DNA of 44,082 nucleotides from an uncultured Chthoniobacteraceae bacterium. Its GTDB lineage: Bacteria > Verrucomicrobiota > Verrucomicrobiia > Chthoniobacterales > CAKUMP01. A program made the position numbers and the translations under genes. The notes under the pieces were generated by a model, which saw only the letters and a program-made list of their open reading frames with translations, searched no databases and was not told the origin of the DNA. Every line of letters starts with the position of its first letter. The first letter of the stretch is position 1. The stretch spans positions 1 through 44,082 of the forward strand of contig CAYUDZ010000005.1 of assembly GCA_964443575.1 (NCBI GenBank). The letters run 5' to 3'. Shown here in pieces: positions 10,695 through 21,204 of this stretch.

Positions 10695-12005
10695 TTAAAT
10701 TTGCGGTCTTCCTATCCCAAAGTACTCAAACCCGAGACTTTTCATGGTCTCTGGATCAAATAGATTTCTGCCATCAAATACCAGTGGTGTGTGCATCCGA
10801 TTTTTCAGTTCGGTTAGCTCCACGTTTGCAAATTCATTCCAATCAGTCACCAACAGCAAGGCCTCAGCGTCATCGGCTGCTTCCAGTGGTGAGTCAACAA
10901 GCTCAACCCCGGGGATCAGGTTGAAATCCCGAACATTCTGCATTCCTTTAGGATCGTATGCTTTCACTAGCGCACCTTCTTTGAGCAATATTTCGATTAT
11001 CTCAATTGGCACCGAGTTGCGAACATCATCGGTGTCTGGCTTGAAGGCCAATCCCCAAACAGCCAACTTCTTATCCTTCAAGATCCATAACTTCTGGCGA
11101 ATCTTATCAATAAACCTGTCGCGCGCATGCGCATTCACGCGCTGTACCTCCTTGAGCATGCCAAATGGCACTCCCAATTGATCACTGATATTGATGAAAG
11201 CCGCGAGATCCTTGGGAAAGCATGAGCCACCATAGCCAATTCCGGCATTGAGGAAGTTCCTTCCAATCCGTTTATCCATACCAATCCCATCGGCTACCAT
11301 TTCTACATCAGCGCCGCTTGCCTCACATATTTCTGAAACTGCATTGATGTACGAAATCTTTAATGCCAGGAATGAGTTGGCAGCGTGTTTAATTAATTCT
11401 GCGCTGTTAATGTCAGTCGTCAGGATTGGTGCGTGGAATGGCTCATAAATGGCCCGCATTAGATTGCTGGCCCGCTCGCTATTTGACCCGATGACAATAC
11501 GATCGGGATTCATTAAGTCGGGCACCGCACAGCCCTCTCTCAAAAATTCAGGGTTACTCACTACATCAAAGTCAGCACCCGCCTTATTATATCTGCGGAT
11601 TGTGTCAGCAACCTTCTCACCGGTTTTGACCGGCACCGTGCTTTTATCAACTACCACCCGGTATTCTTTAAGCACATTGGCAATTTCCCTGGCAACCTTT
11701 TCAATAAAACTCAAATCAACGCTACCATCCTCCCGCGGTGGCGTTGGTACGGCGATGAAGACGATATCGGAGTTATCTACCCCCTCTTCAATGCTGCCGG
11801 TAAAATGCAGTCGTTTAGCACTTACGTTGCGATGCACGAGATCTTCCAGGCCCGGTTCGTAAATTGGAATTTCGCCAGCTTGAAGCGCAGCAACCTTTTT
11901 TTCGTTATTATCTACGCAGATGACACTGTGCCCTACTTCGGCAAAGCAGGCACCTGTGACCAACCCAACATAACCGGACCCGACGATACTAATTCTTGAT
12001 GACAT
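10695..12005 (-). CDS. ugd: UDP-glucose 6-dehydrogenase
   Basis: GSGYVGL Rossmann motif, SNPEFLREG, GYGGSCFPKD catalytic Cys, AFKPDTDD.R. Confidence 0.95.
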   Translation of the reverse strand: MSSRISIVGSGYVGLVTGACFAEVGHSVICVDNNEKKVAALQAGEIPIYEPGLEDLVHRNVSAKRLHFTGSIEEGVDNSDIVFIAVPTPPREDGSVDLSFIEKVAREIANVLKEYRVVVDKSTVPVKTGEKVADTIRRYNKAGADFDVVSNPEFLREGCAVPDLMNPDRIVIGSNSERASNLMRAIYEPFHAPILTTDINSAELIKHAANSFLALKISYINAVSEICEASGADVEMVADGIGMDKRIGRNFLNAGIGYGGSCFPKDLAAFINISDQLGVPFGMLKEVQRVNAHARDRFIDKIRQKLWILKDKKLAVWGLAFKPDTDDVRNSVPIEIIEILLKEGALVKAYDPKGMQNVRDFNLIPGVELVDSPLEAADDAEALLLVTDWNEFANVELTELKNRMHTPLVFDGRNLFDPETMKSLGFEYFGIGRPQI

Positions 12006-12083
12006 AAACAGTGTGATATTGGGATAACTGACAGCGGCTTAATTCAAGCCTGCACCTTTCTTGCAAATGCAGAAAACCACTTA

Positions 12084-14345
12084 CTATTCTGAAGCGCCGC
12101 TAGGCTCGAAATTCAGTGGCACGTTCAGCTGAGGAAAATCTTTGAGTGTGAACGTCAGCAGGATACCAAAGTCCGTATTATTATCGCCGTTATCACGGAT
12201 CACGGCACCCAGAGAAGCAATCCAGCTGGTTAAATCGCGATGGAGAAGGTATTCCTGGCTTTCCAGTGTGCTGTCCTCTGCTTCATAGCGATGCTGCATA
12301 CTGAATCCCCAGTTTTCATTGAGCTGCCAGAATCCTCCATAGGTAAACAGGTTGCTGTCGCGGAAAAATGGGCTGTCACTCAAGTAACGCTGACCGATGT
12401 TGATATCCAGATAATCGGTGACCATGAAGTTGAGTTGCGAGTTAATTGCAGTAAAGCCATCGCTGTCCAGCGGCAGTTGCGAGTCAAGGTTGAAGCGCAA
12501 CCACGGCAACGGACGAAACACCAGTCGATTGTTTAAATTAGAAAGGGTGTTATCGGTGTAGGGGTTTTCGAAGTTGATATCCATGAAAGTATCAATTTCA
12601 AACCACAGAAACTTACCGCCATCGCGATTGGTGTAGATCCTGTTGCGCATACCAAATCGCCAGATCGACCAGTTATCAATTGAATCGATCGAGGTGAATT
12701 GCGGGAAATCCAAAGGTGGAATTTCGGTGGAAGGGATCAGGCGGTCAATCTGCAGGACCTGCTCAGCTCCCATACCGGAATCTGCTACCAAAGAAAAATT
12801 GGTGTACGGTTGGAAGACGTGGCGTATGCCATCAAGACCAATCGCCCGCGAGCGGATGCTATCGCTGTAGTCTTTAGTCAGCTTGAATGAAGATTCAAAT
12901 CCGGTGTTAAAGACAAGCCGGTAATCGGAACCGCCGGTAGGCTCAAAATCCTGGTTATAGGTATCTGAGTAATAAGTGGCACGAAAGCCAACCCGGGGAA
13001 TAAACGAAAACCATCCACCATATGTACGCGGGTAAGTAAATTGATGAAAGGTATCAAAGCGGGTTGTTTCAAGGTCAATAAATGGCACCAAATCAAGACC
13101 GGTCAGCATCGGCGCTGCCATCATCTCCCCGTCCATCGTTTCGGTGGTATCCAGTGAAAGTGGCACCATCACGTCATCTGCACGTGAGAGTTGCAGCCTG
13201 GCGATGCCGGTCTCCCCTTCATAGAAAATCGGCGTACCAAAGAAATTCTGCCGCTTAATATCAAGCACGATTTCAGGTAAGCGTTCAGTGGTCTGCTGAA
13301 AGTCATTCAGTTGGGCCCGACCAATCGCAGTAATCGTGTAATTTTCATTCCACTTGGTGAGCGCAACTACATTATCAGGTTGCGGGTCGATGATAAATTC
13401 CTGCTTGAAAAAGTCTTCCAGCAAAAACTCATCGCTCAGATAATTAATATCTGTGATCAGGTAAATATCTTCAGTCAGGTAAGTCTGCGACTGATAGCTG
13501 AGCCGATAGCGTTCTGAATCAATTTCTTCGGTACGGGTACGACCGTTCGGGCTGGTCTGCGGGTCACTGTCATCAGTGATGTAGGTTGTCAGCTCACCAA
13601 AGCTTCGCTCGTCACTACCCAACGCAAAGTCTATATCCAAACCCAGTGCAAAGCCACGCTCTGATCGCGCGTCAAAACGCAGCGTGCCAGCGGCATCACC
13701 TGCTATCGGGAAACGATAGGAAGTCAGGGCGAACAGGCCCCAATCTTCATTGTATCCGGGACTGATCGAGAAGGCCATATCATCATCGATTGACTGGAAT
13801 AAGTACGGCCACCAGAAAACAGAAGTTTTCCCAAGTACTAGCGAAACATTGCTGAAAATAATGCGATCATCAGGGTAAATCCTGACACTCTTGGCTTTGA
13901 AATGCCAACTTGGCACAGCCGCGTCATCGGTAGTCAGCAACCCGCTGCGCACCCTGTAATTTTCAGCTCCGATAGTCGAAAGGTTCTCACCACCAAAGTA
14001 GAATGGCTCAGCGGCGCCGGCAAAGTCTGCGGCACGCAGGGCTTTAGTTTCCAGGTTATAGACCGCCCGGTCACCGTTGAAGATGTAATCTTCGCGGAAA
14101 ATTCGAATGTTGCCACGCAGCAACACGTCCTTGGTATCTGGATTGTATTGCGCGAAGTCGCAGAATATACTGGTATCGCCATAACTAATGGCGACGTTAT
14201 CTTCGGCAACCGCAACGCCACCTTCAAAACGTGTTTCGCCATCGGCGGTTATCTCAATTGGAACATCACTAAAGCTGCCAAACTGCGCAAATGCAACCAG
14301 AGGCATGAGTATGAATACGGCAAGGATTTTATAAAAAGGGTTCAT
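12084..14345 (-). CDS. lptD: LPS-assembly protein LptD
   Basis: Signal peptide, OstA-like jellyroll N-domain (PIEITAD, TTDD...PSWHFKAK), long beta-strand-rich barrel (ERLPEI). Start ATG 14345. Confidence 0.85.
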   Translation of the reverse strand: MNPFYKILAVFILMPLVAFAQFGSFSDVPIEITADGETRFEGGVAVAEDNVAISYGDTSIFCDFAQYNPDTKDVLLRGNIRIFREDYIFNGDRAVYNLETKALRAADFAGAAEPFYFGGENLSTIGAENYRVRSGLLTTDDAAVPSWHFKAKSVRIYPDDRIIFSNVSLVLGKTSVFWWPYLFQSIDDDMAFSISPGYNEDWGLFALTSYRFPIAGDAAGTLRFDARSERGFALGLDIDFALGSDERSFGELTTYITDDSDPQTSPNGRTRTEEIDSERYRLSYQSQTYLTEDIYLITDINYLSDEFLLEDFFKQEFIIDPQPDNVVALTKWNENYTITAIGRAQLNDFQQTTERLPEIVLDIKRQNFFGTPIFYEGETGIARLQLSRADDVMVPLSLDTTETMDGEMMAAPMLTGLDLVPFIDLETTRFDTFHQFTYPRTYGGWFSFIPRVGFRATYYSDTYNQDFEPTGGSDYRLVFNTGFESSFKLTKDYSDSIRSRAIGLDGIRHVFQPYTNFSLVADSGMGAEQVLQIDRLIPSTEIPPLDFPQFTSIDSIDNWSIWRFGMRNRIYTNRDGGKFLWFEIDTFMDINFENPYTDNTLSNLNNRLVFRPLPWLRFNLDSQLPLDSDGFTAINSQLNFMVTDYLDINIGQRYLSDSPFFRDSNLFTYGGFWQLNENWGFSMQHRYEAEDSTLESQEYLLHRDLTSWIASLGAVIRDNGDNNTDFGILLTFTLKDFPQLNVPLNFEPSGASE

Positions 14346-14364
14346 GGATAGCGCTAAATAATCA

Positions 14365-14386
14365 GCTTGGCAGCAAGTTGCCAAGC
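14365..14386. promoter_or_regulatory. 8-bp inverted repeat between galE and lptD (hairpin or operator)
   Basis: GCTTGGCA-gcaagt-TGCCAAGC about 20 nt upstream of the lptD ATG. Confidence 0.35.
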
Positions 14387-14419
14387 GGAAAAGCCTTAAT
14401 TCCTGTCTCGCAAAAATTG

Positions 14420-15391
14420 TTAATCTCCATAACCTGCGGGAAATTGTTGATGCCAACGCCAGGCACTTTCGACAATCTGAGCAATTGACTGGTACTGTGG
14501 AGACCAGTTTAATTCACTGCGGATCTTGTCTGAACCGGCTATCAGGCGAGCCGGATCGCCGGGTCTCCGCGGCTTTATTTCTACTGGAATTTCGCAACCG
14601 GTGATTTCCCTGCAACAATCGACCACCTCGAATACTGACGTGCCGCCGCCGGTACCCAGGTTATATTGCACCGAATCAGTGGTGGACAATGCCAGGTAAT
14701 GGGCTTGCGCTAAATCCAAAATATGAACGTAGTCACGGATGCAAGAGCCATCGGGCGTATCGAAATCGTCGCCATAAACCTCAACGTGAGATTTCACGCC
14801 GAGTGCTACTTTCAATACATTGGGGATCAAATGTGTCTCCACCCGGTGATCTTCACCGTAATCTGCACTGGCACCCGCGACATTAAAGTATCGCAACGCG
14901 ACATGCTTAATGCCATGAATCCTGTCGTACCACTGCAACAACTTCTCAAACATTAACTTGGACTCACCGTACGGGTTGATCGGACGCTGTGGCATCGATT
15001 CATCGATCGGCAGCTTATCAGGCTGCCCAAAAGTCGCGCATGTCGAAGAGAAAACTATCTTCCCCACCCCATTCCGAACCATCGCATCAAGCAGGTTTAA
15101 CCCCCCTGCAACATTGTTGCGGAAATACTTGGTCGGTTCTTGCATCGATTCGCCGACCAGGGCATTGGCAGCAAAATGCATCACCGCATCAGGGCTGAAC
15201 GCAGCTATGCAGTCGGCTAACTCTGATACGTTGGCCAGATCATTATGGTAAAATGTTGCCGCGGGATGAATGGCTGCGCGGTGTCCCTCACTGAGATTAT
15301 CAAAGACAGCAACGTCGTAGCCTTTACTGATGAGATGCTCAACACATACGCTGCCAACATATCCAGCACCACCGGTAACAAAAATCTTCAT
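14420..15391 (-). CDS. galE: UDP-glucose 4-epimerase
   Basis: TGGAGYVGS, HFAA, FSSTCA, YGESK, LRYFNVAGA, RDYVH..DLA.AH. Confidence 0.95.
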   Translation of the reverse strand: MKIFVTGGAGYVGSVCVEHLISKGYDVAVFDNLSEGHRAAIHPAATFYHNDLANVSELADCIAAFSPDAVMHFAANALVGESMQEPTKYFRNNVAGGLNLLDAMVRNGVGKIVFSSTCATFGQPDKLPIDESMPQRPINPYGESKLMFEKLLQWYDRIHGIKHVALRYFNVAGASADYGEDHRVETHLIPNVLKVALGVKSHVEVYGDDFDTPDGSCIRDYVHILDLAQAHYLALSTTDSVQYNLGTGGGTSVFEVVDCCREITGCEIPVEIKPRRPGDPARLIAGSDKIRSELNWSPQYQSIAQIVESAWRWHQQFPAGYGD

Positions 15392-15434
15392 TCCCTATCT
15401 ATCTACTCGGTCAGATTGATTTCGGTATAGCCAG

Positions 15435-15953
15435 CTAGAGCGTGGCTGGCATACCTTCCAGCATCGCCCGCACGTGCCGATGCCGGGAGCGCGGCTTCAA
15501 GATTTCCCTGCTGCGCTGCAGATCACCCCACTCAAGTATTTCAATATCTACATAGCGTGCTCCCCATCGCCTCATTGCCAGCTTGGTCGGCACATAAAGA
15601 TCGATGGTATCAGTGCCCACCAAGGCCGAGCCGTAATCATCGATGATGTAAACCTTGCCGGTCTGCTTGACCCTGAATTTGGTACCCACCGGATAGCGCG
15701 ACCAGTCGGCAGCAGCGCTGGTAATCTCACCATACATCAGCTGCGTGCCCAGGGCATTGCGCCTGCCATATTTGCGATGGTCGGATTCAGTGTGTGTGTA
15801 AGCAGTGGCCCTGACATCAGACTTGACTCGCTGTTTGCTAGCTTGTGGAAAAACTTGCACACAGGAAGTCTGTAATAAGGTCAGCAATGCCAATATCAAA
15901 ACTGCCAAGCAGCTTGAATTCCAACCCAGCTTAATCGAATACCACGCCATCAT
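15435..15953 (-). CDS. 3D (MltA-like) domain lipoprotein, putative cell-wall lytic enzyme
   Basis: Hydrophobic stretch ending QTSC; ATAY, AADW..YP.GT, DDYGSA, IDLY three-Asp pattern. Start 15953 fits TTGCAA-17-TAGTCA-7-ATG. Confidence 0.8.
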   Translation of the reverse strand: MMAWYSIKLGWNSSCLAVLILALLTLLQTSCVQVFPQASKQRVKSDVRATAYTHTESDHRKYGRRNALGTQLMYGEITSAAADWSRYPVGTKFRVKQTGKVYIIDDYGSALVGTDTIDLYVPTKLAMRRWGARYVDIEILEWGDLQRSREILKPRSRHRHVRAMLEGMPATL

Positions 15954-16081
15954 GTGGCATTGACTACCCGATTGTGCGATTGATTGCAAGTGCTTGCTGC
16001 TCGCGTTAACGACGATTTGACTTCCATTTGAGCAACGGTATATTGAGCGTTGTTAAAGTAAAAACAACCGAATTATACGCC

Positions 16082-16753
16082 ATGCAGTCACTAATCAATA
16101 AATCCAGCATCTTTTTTCCCATCGTTTTAGCAATTTCATTTTGTCTGCTCACATCGTGCGACAACCCTGCTGACAAAACCCCGGATGCGGTAGTTAGCGA
16201 ACCGCTCGCTAGCAAGGACACAGCAAGCGCCCCCGAACCTGAACAGCAAGTAGTCGATGCAACTAAATATGTCATCACGCCAGAGTCTAAGATTGGTTTT
16301 ATCGGTTCAAAAGTAACCGGCAGTCACGAGGGCGGCTTCGAAAAGTTTCAAGGTCATTTCACGCTGGCAGATGGGCAATTGCATGGCACAGACCATACCA
16401 TCATTATCGACATGAATTCCACTTGGGCTGATCACCCTAAATTATTGGAACACTTGCGTTCCGAGGACTTTTTCCACGTTGAAAAATTCCCTGAAGCACG
16501 CTTTGCCATCACCTCAATCGAGCAACAAGAGGGTGACAACTATCAGGTAGCTGGAGATTTTACACTCCATGGTGTTACCAAAAATATTGCCTTTCCCGCC
16601 ACCATCAGCAAAGAGGAAGAAAAAGTAATGATCCGTTCGGAGTTCGATATTAACCGGTTTGATTTCGAGATCCGGTATCCCGGTATGTCGGACGACCTCA
16701 TTCGCAAGGAAGTCGTTATCAAATTGGATTTGGTGGTAGCACCAGAAGCTTAG
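16082..16753 (+). CDS. YceI family lipoprotein
   Basis: Lipobox LTSC; HLRSEDFF.VEKFP, GDFTLHGVTK.I.F, INRFDF. Confidence 0.9.
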   Translation: MQSLINKSSIFFPIVLAISFCLLTSCDNPADKTPDAVVSEPLASKDTASAPEPEQQVVDATKYVITPESKIGFIGSKVTGSHEGGFEKFQGHFTLADGQLHGTDHTIIIDMNSTWADHPKLLEHLRSEDFFHVEKFPEARFAITSIEQQEGDNYQVAGDFTLHGVTKNIAFPATISKEEEKVMIRSEFDINRFDFEIRYPGMSDDLIRKEVVIKLDLVVAPEA

Positions 16754-16820
16754 CAAGCTTACCTCCAGCCCCTCAATTCTCCTCGACACTGAGGTGTCAA
16801 CGGGGAGATTATCTTGCCTT

Positions 16821-17696
16821 ATGTTTAGAGGGACATTCACAGCATTAGCGACACCGTTCAAAAATGGAAACTACGATCCAGTTGCATTCCGCAAGCTGAT
16901 CGATACACAAATTTCCGGTGGCGTGGACGGTATCGTTCCTGTAGGCACTACCGGAGAGTCGCCGACGCTCGATCACGAAGAGCATCGTCAGGTGATTCGC
17001 GAGGCAGTGAATGCGGCTGACGGACGCTGCAGCGTTATTGCCGGCACTGGATCCAACTCGACCGCGGAAGCAATTGCCTTAACCAAGGATGCTGAGCAGG
17101 CGGACGTCGACGGTGCCCTGCTGGTGGCCCCTTACTATAACAAACCATCACAGGCCGGGCTGTACGAGCACTTCAAAGCCATTGCCAACGCCACTTCGTT
17201 GCCGCTAATCCTGTATAGTATTCCAGGTCGTTGCGGGATCGAAATTGCAGTCGATACAGTGGTCAAACTGGCAGCCAACTGTCCAACCATCCGCTGTATT
17301 AAGGAAGCCGGCGGATCGGTCGAGCGGGTAAGCAGGCTGCGTGCAGCTTTGCCGCCAGATTTTACTATTTTATCTGGGGATGACTCGTTGACGCTGCCAT
17401 TCATGGCGACTGGCGCCTCGGGAGTTATCAGCGTCGCTTCAAATCTGGTGCCCACTGCTATTACTACATTGGTTAAGCATTGCTTAGAGGGTGACTACGA
17501 ACAGGCGCGGCAAATTCACTTCCAACACTACCAATTGTTTAAAGACTTGTTTATTGAGACCAACCCGGTACCGGTCAAGTTTGCGCTAAGTGAAATCGGA
17601 CTACTTAGCGCAGAAGTAAGATTACCGTTGCATCAGCTGGCGCCGGAAAACGCAACAACCTTGAAAGCGACCTTGGCATCGTTAAACCTAATATGA
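16821..17696 (+). CDS. dapA: 4-hydroxy-tetrahydrodipicolinate synthase
   Basis: TPF, GTTGESPTL, AGTGSNST, PYYNKP, LYSIPGR, IKEA, TNPVPVK. Confidence 0.96.
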   Translation: MFRGTFTALATPFKNGNYDPVAFRKLIDTQISGGVDGIVPVGTTGESPTLDHEEHRQVIREAVNAADGRCSVIAGTGSNSTAEAIALTKDAEQADVDGALLVAPYYNKPSQAGLYEHFKAIANATSLPLILYSIPGRCGIEIAVDTVVKLAANCPTIRCIKEAGGSVERVSRLRAALPPDFTILSGDDSLTLPFMATGASGVISVASNLVPTAITTLVKHCLEGDYEQARQIHFQHYQLFKDLFIETNPVPVKFALSEIGLLSAEVRLPLHQLAPENATTLKATLASLNLI

Positions 17697-18439
17697 GCAA
17701 CCAGCTGAACCTATTGGTCAATGGTGCGCGTGGTCGCATGGGACAGGCTGTCATCTCCAGTGCGGACAGCAACGATAAGGTGACGGTTATAGCTGCTATC
17801 GATCAGGGCGACTCGCTGGCAAATGCCATCCAGAATGCCGACGTGGTCATTGATTTTTCCCACCATTCGGTGACAGCAGAAGCTGCGACCCTTTGCGGGG
17901 AACATTCTTTACCCTTGGTCATCGGTACCACCGGCCATAGCAGGGAGGAGTTGGAAGTCATCAAGCAGGCTGCCGATTCTATTCCAGTAGTGCTGGCGCC
18001 AAACTTCAGCGTTGGCGTCAATACGCTCTTCTGGTTAGCCAATAAGGCGGCCACTTCGTTGGGCGATAATTTCGACATCGAGGTAATTGAAATGCACCAC
18101 CGTCATAAGGTCGACGCACCCAGCGGTACCGCACGCAGGTTAGCTGAAATCCTGGCTGCTGCTCGCAGTCTTTCCTATGAAGAAAATACGAGGCATGGAC
18201 GACAAGGCATCACCGGTGCCCGCGAAAAAAATGAGATAGGTGTCCACGCGCTGCGTGGTGGCGATGTTGTTGGTGACCACACTGTCGTCTTTGCAGCCGA
18301 TGGCGAACGCCTTGAGTTAACGCATAAGGCATCTTCGCGGGAAACCTTTGCAAATGGCTCTATCCGCGCGGCAATCTGGGCCAGCAGCCGCCCACCCGGA
18401 CTCTACGACATGCAGGATGTTCTGGGCCTGGTCCCATGA
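17693..18439 (+). CDS. dapB: 4-hydroxy-tetrahydrodipicolinate reductase
   Basis: GARGRMG, IGTTG, EMHHRHKVDAPSGTA. Confidence 0.96.
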   Translation: MSNQLNLLVNGARGRMGQAVISSADSNDKVTVIAAIDQGDSLANAIQNADVVIDFSHHSVTAEAATLCGEHSLPLVIGTTGHSREELEVIKQAADSIPVVLAPNFSVGVNTLFWLANKAATSLGDNFDIEVIEMHHRHKVDAPSGTARRLAEILAAARSLSYEENTRHGRQGITGAREKNEIGVHALRGGDVVGDHTVVFAADGERLELTHKASSRETFANGSIRAAIWASSRPPGLYDMQDVLGLVP

Positions 18440-18470
18440 GCTAAGATCGGCAATAAAAACACCATAGTCT

Positions 18471-18977
18471 ATGATGCTTTATGCGATCGGGTTAGGCTCA
18501 AATGTGGGCAATAAATGCGCAAACCTGCAAACAGCCTACAACCTGATACAGGATCAAATCAAACCAACTGCCCCGCTCCAACGATCCGCAGTTTACCGCT
18601 CAACACCGATCGATTGCCCGCCCGGATCCGATGACTTCTTGAATGCCGTAGTCATGCTGGAGGCATCAATCCCGCCTGATGTTATGCTGGCAAAACTGCT
18701 GGAGATTGAACACCAACTCGGCCGCCAACGCCCAGCGCCACGTAATGCGCCACGGACAATCGATCTCGACATACTGCTAGCAGGGGACACGATACACCAA
18801 TCTGAAAACCTCTGTATTCCGCATCCCAGGTTGCACTTGCGCAGATTTGTTCTGCTGCCACTGGCACAAGTAGCACCTGATTGGGTTGTCCCTGGCATTG
18901 GCTCGACAACCAGTGAATTACTGGCCGTCCTGCAGGACACCTCTTGCGCTGTGCCAATTACTGATTGCACTTTATAA
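18471..18977 (+). CDS. folK: 2-amino-4-hydroxy-6-hydroxymethyldihydropteridine diphosphokinase
   Basis: IGLGSNVG, FLNAV, PRTIDLDIL, IPHPRL..RRFVL.PL. Confidence 0.95.
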   Translation: MMLYAIGLGSNVGNKCANLQTAYNLIQDQIKPTAPLQRSAVYRSTPIDCPPGSDDFLNAVVMLEASIPPDVMLAKLLEIEHQLGRQRPAPRNAPRTIDLDILLAGDTIHQSENLCIPHPRLHLRRFVLLPLAQVAPDWVVPGIGSTTSELLAVLQDTSCAVPITDCTL

Positions 18978-18981
18978 AGAA

Positions 18982-19725
18982 ATGGAATGGTTAACTAAAC
19001 GCTGCAAACCAGATCACAAGCTGGCCACTCTGACTGCCTACGACTACCCCACAGCCCGGCTACTTGAAGAGGCCGGAGTGGATATGATACTGGTCGGAGA
19101 TTCATTGGGTATGGTCGTCCTGGGGCTGCCGGACACTACCGGGGTAACCATGGAGGACATGCTGCACCATACCAGGGCAGTCGCCCGTGCTGTCACCAGT
19201 ACACCGGTAGTTGCTGACATGCCTGCCAACTCATATGATAACGTGGCTCGCGCCATCCACAATGCCAAGCTCCTGGTGCAAGCAGGCGCACAAGCAGTGA
19301 AACTCGAGGGTGCCTTACCTGACCAGATCTCTGCCATCCAGCAGGCCGGAATTCCCGTGGTTGCCCACCTGGGGATGTTGCCCCAACAGGTCAAGATAGA
19401 AGGCGGATATCACATGAAAGGCAAGTCTCCAGCAGAGCAAGATCTATTGCTTGAGCAGAGCCACCAGGTGGCTGCCGCAGGTGCTGCAGCAGTTGTCCTT
19501 GAACTGGTCATTCCAGAGATAGCCCATAGAATAACCAGTGCTCTGGACATTGCGACCATTGGCATCGGTTCCGGTAGCCACTGCGATGGCCAAATCTTGG
19601 TAACACATGATCTGGTCGGGCTGTTCCCATGGTTTAAGCCGCGCTTTGTCGAACAGACCGCCACCCTACATCACGACTTTCGTGCCGCCGTCGCCAAATA
19701 CATCAGCAGAACCAAGCACAGCTGA
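18982..19725 (+). CDS. panB: 3-methyl-2-oxobutanoate hydroxymethyltransferase
   Basis: LTAYD, LVGDSLG, VADMP, VKLEG, TIGIGSG..CDGQILV.HD. Start ATG 18982. Confidence 0.95.
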   Translation: MEWLTKRCKPDHKLATLTAYDYPTARLLEEAGVDMILVGDSLGMVVLGLPDTTGVTMEDMLHHTRAVARAVTSTPVVADMPANSYDNVARAIHNAKLLVQAGAQAVKLEGALPDQISAIQQAGIPVVAHLGMLPQQVKIEGGYHMKGKSPAEQDLLLEQSHQVAAAGAAAVVLELVIPEIAHRITSALDIATIGIGSGSHCDGQILVTHDLVGLFPWFKPRFVEQTATLHHDFRAAVAKYISRTKHS

Positions 19726-19766
19726 GCCGAACACTCAGCAAATGATAACTTATTGAATATAAGCTA

Positions 19767-21083
19767 TTAAGGGCTGCTGGGATCAGGCCGCTCAGGGGTC
19801 GGATCCGGGTCATCCTCTGGTGTCACTGTAATCAGCGGCGGTACCGGCGTCAGGAAGATTGGCGGCGGCAGAACAGCAGGATCCAACGGTGGGCCATCAA
19901 GCGGTCCCTCGGCTATGGGATCCAGCAGTGCTTTGTACGACTTGGCGGATTCATCATAGGCTATGTAGCCTTCGGGAGTCAGAACTACCTCGTAATTATC
20001 AAAGTCAAGATCACCAAAAGCATCCACCTGACGCACCCTGATAGCTCCGCCTTCAACCGCTGGTATCCAACGCCCCAGCAAAAATAGACCGTAACTGTCC
20101 GCAACATTCTCTGCTATGCGATCTGTTTGACCGTCAAATTCCAGCACGCAGATCGGCTCCAGTTCATCAAGGTTGATTTGCGAAAACTCGGGTAACGCGT
20201 AAGGATCATCTATATTCACCTGAAAAATCTCATCGTCTGCCAAACCGCCAATCAAATAAAATTCAAGTTTTCCTCTGCCGGCGTCGGCCATTACAGAAAT
20301 TCTTTTTACCGGAGCACTCTGGTTGAGTAGAATTGCAAATGATGGTCCCTGTTGAGAGGCACTGCCAGTCATGGTAAATGCCGTTTCCGGGCTCTCGTCG
20401 ATCATCACCTGCCACTCGGACAACTTGCCGCCGCTTGCGGTGTAAAGTACGCTGGCATCTGAATATATGTTGGCCAGATCAATGATGGTTTCCATCTTGA
20501 CCTTTTGCCCGAATATGTCGCTGCTATTGACCTGGAATGCCCGACGCTCAAGGCTATATTCCGATGCCGCTTCACGTCCAAAAACATACAAACTCCAAAG
20601 CGGCCCGCTCTGTGTCAAATCCAACTCGATCAACAAGTAGCGACCAAATTGATTGTTTATGTCCGCAGCTACTCGCTCGTTAATTTCCGCTATCGGGGTA
20701 CCCGTGATCAGCGGCGCCCATGACGCACTCCCCGGTACTGCCCGCTCATCACCGGCAAAAACGCTGATCGTACCATCCATGCCATCGGCAGACAGTGACA
20801 GCGCACGAATCATCGATGGCTTTTGCAATACCAGTAAGTAGTAGCGCTTACCCTTTTTAGGCGCTATGCCGGTCGCCTCGTCATCGTCCATCCAACTGCT
20901 GATCGACTTAGTCGGTTCGTAAGTCTGTGACCGCTCATTATATTCAAACAAACTGGCGCCAAGATGCAGGCGTGCCAGATTCTTCGGATAATCGACAGTA
21001 CTCTGAGCAGATGCCGCCAATGTTCCAATAATTATAGCAAAAGTTACTGATGCTAAGTGAGTTTTTACGGCTTGCATTTTCAT
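19767..21083 (-). CDS. Secreted hypothetical protein with two jelly-roll-like repeats and a Pro-rich C-terminal tail
   Basis: Signal peptide ending ASA-Q; repeated NLARLHLGAS / DLANIYSDAS units; tail GPPLDPAVLPPPIFLTPVPP...PDPSSP. Confidence 0.6.
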   Translation of the reverse strand: MKMQAVKTHLASVTFAIIIGTLAASAQSTVDYPKNLARLHLGASLFEYNERSQTYEPTKSISSWMDDDEATGIAPKKGKRYYLLVLQKPSMIRALSLSADGMDGTISVFAGDERAVPGSASWAPLITGTPIAEINERVAADINNQFGRYLLIELDLTQSGPLWSLYVFGREAASEYSLERRAFQVNSSDIFGQKVKMETIIDLANIYSDASVLYTASGGKLSEWQVMIDESPETAFTMTGSASQQGPSFAILLNQSAPVKRISVMADAGRGKLEFYLIGGLADDEIFQVNIDDPYALPEFSQINLDELEPICVLEFDGQTDRIAENVADSYGLFLLGRWIPAVEGGAIRVRQVDAFGDLDFDNYEVVLTPEGYIAYDESAKSYKALLDPIAEGPLDGPPLDPAVLPPPIFLTPVPPLITVTPEDDPDPTPERPDPSSP

Positions 21084-21204
21084 ATCAACTATTAGTATGA
21101 TTCCTCCTATAAAGATAAGACAATCATTTTTGATTCTCGTTAGCAAGAATATTCTCGATAAATGAGAGCAAATATGACTGAATATTTATTTAGGGGAGCC
21201 AACC

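Noticed and set aside
21114-21135. Fur-box-like sequence GATAAGACAATCATTTTTG
   Set aside because: Only a partial match within AT-rich DNA; not distinguishable from chance.
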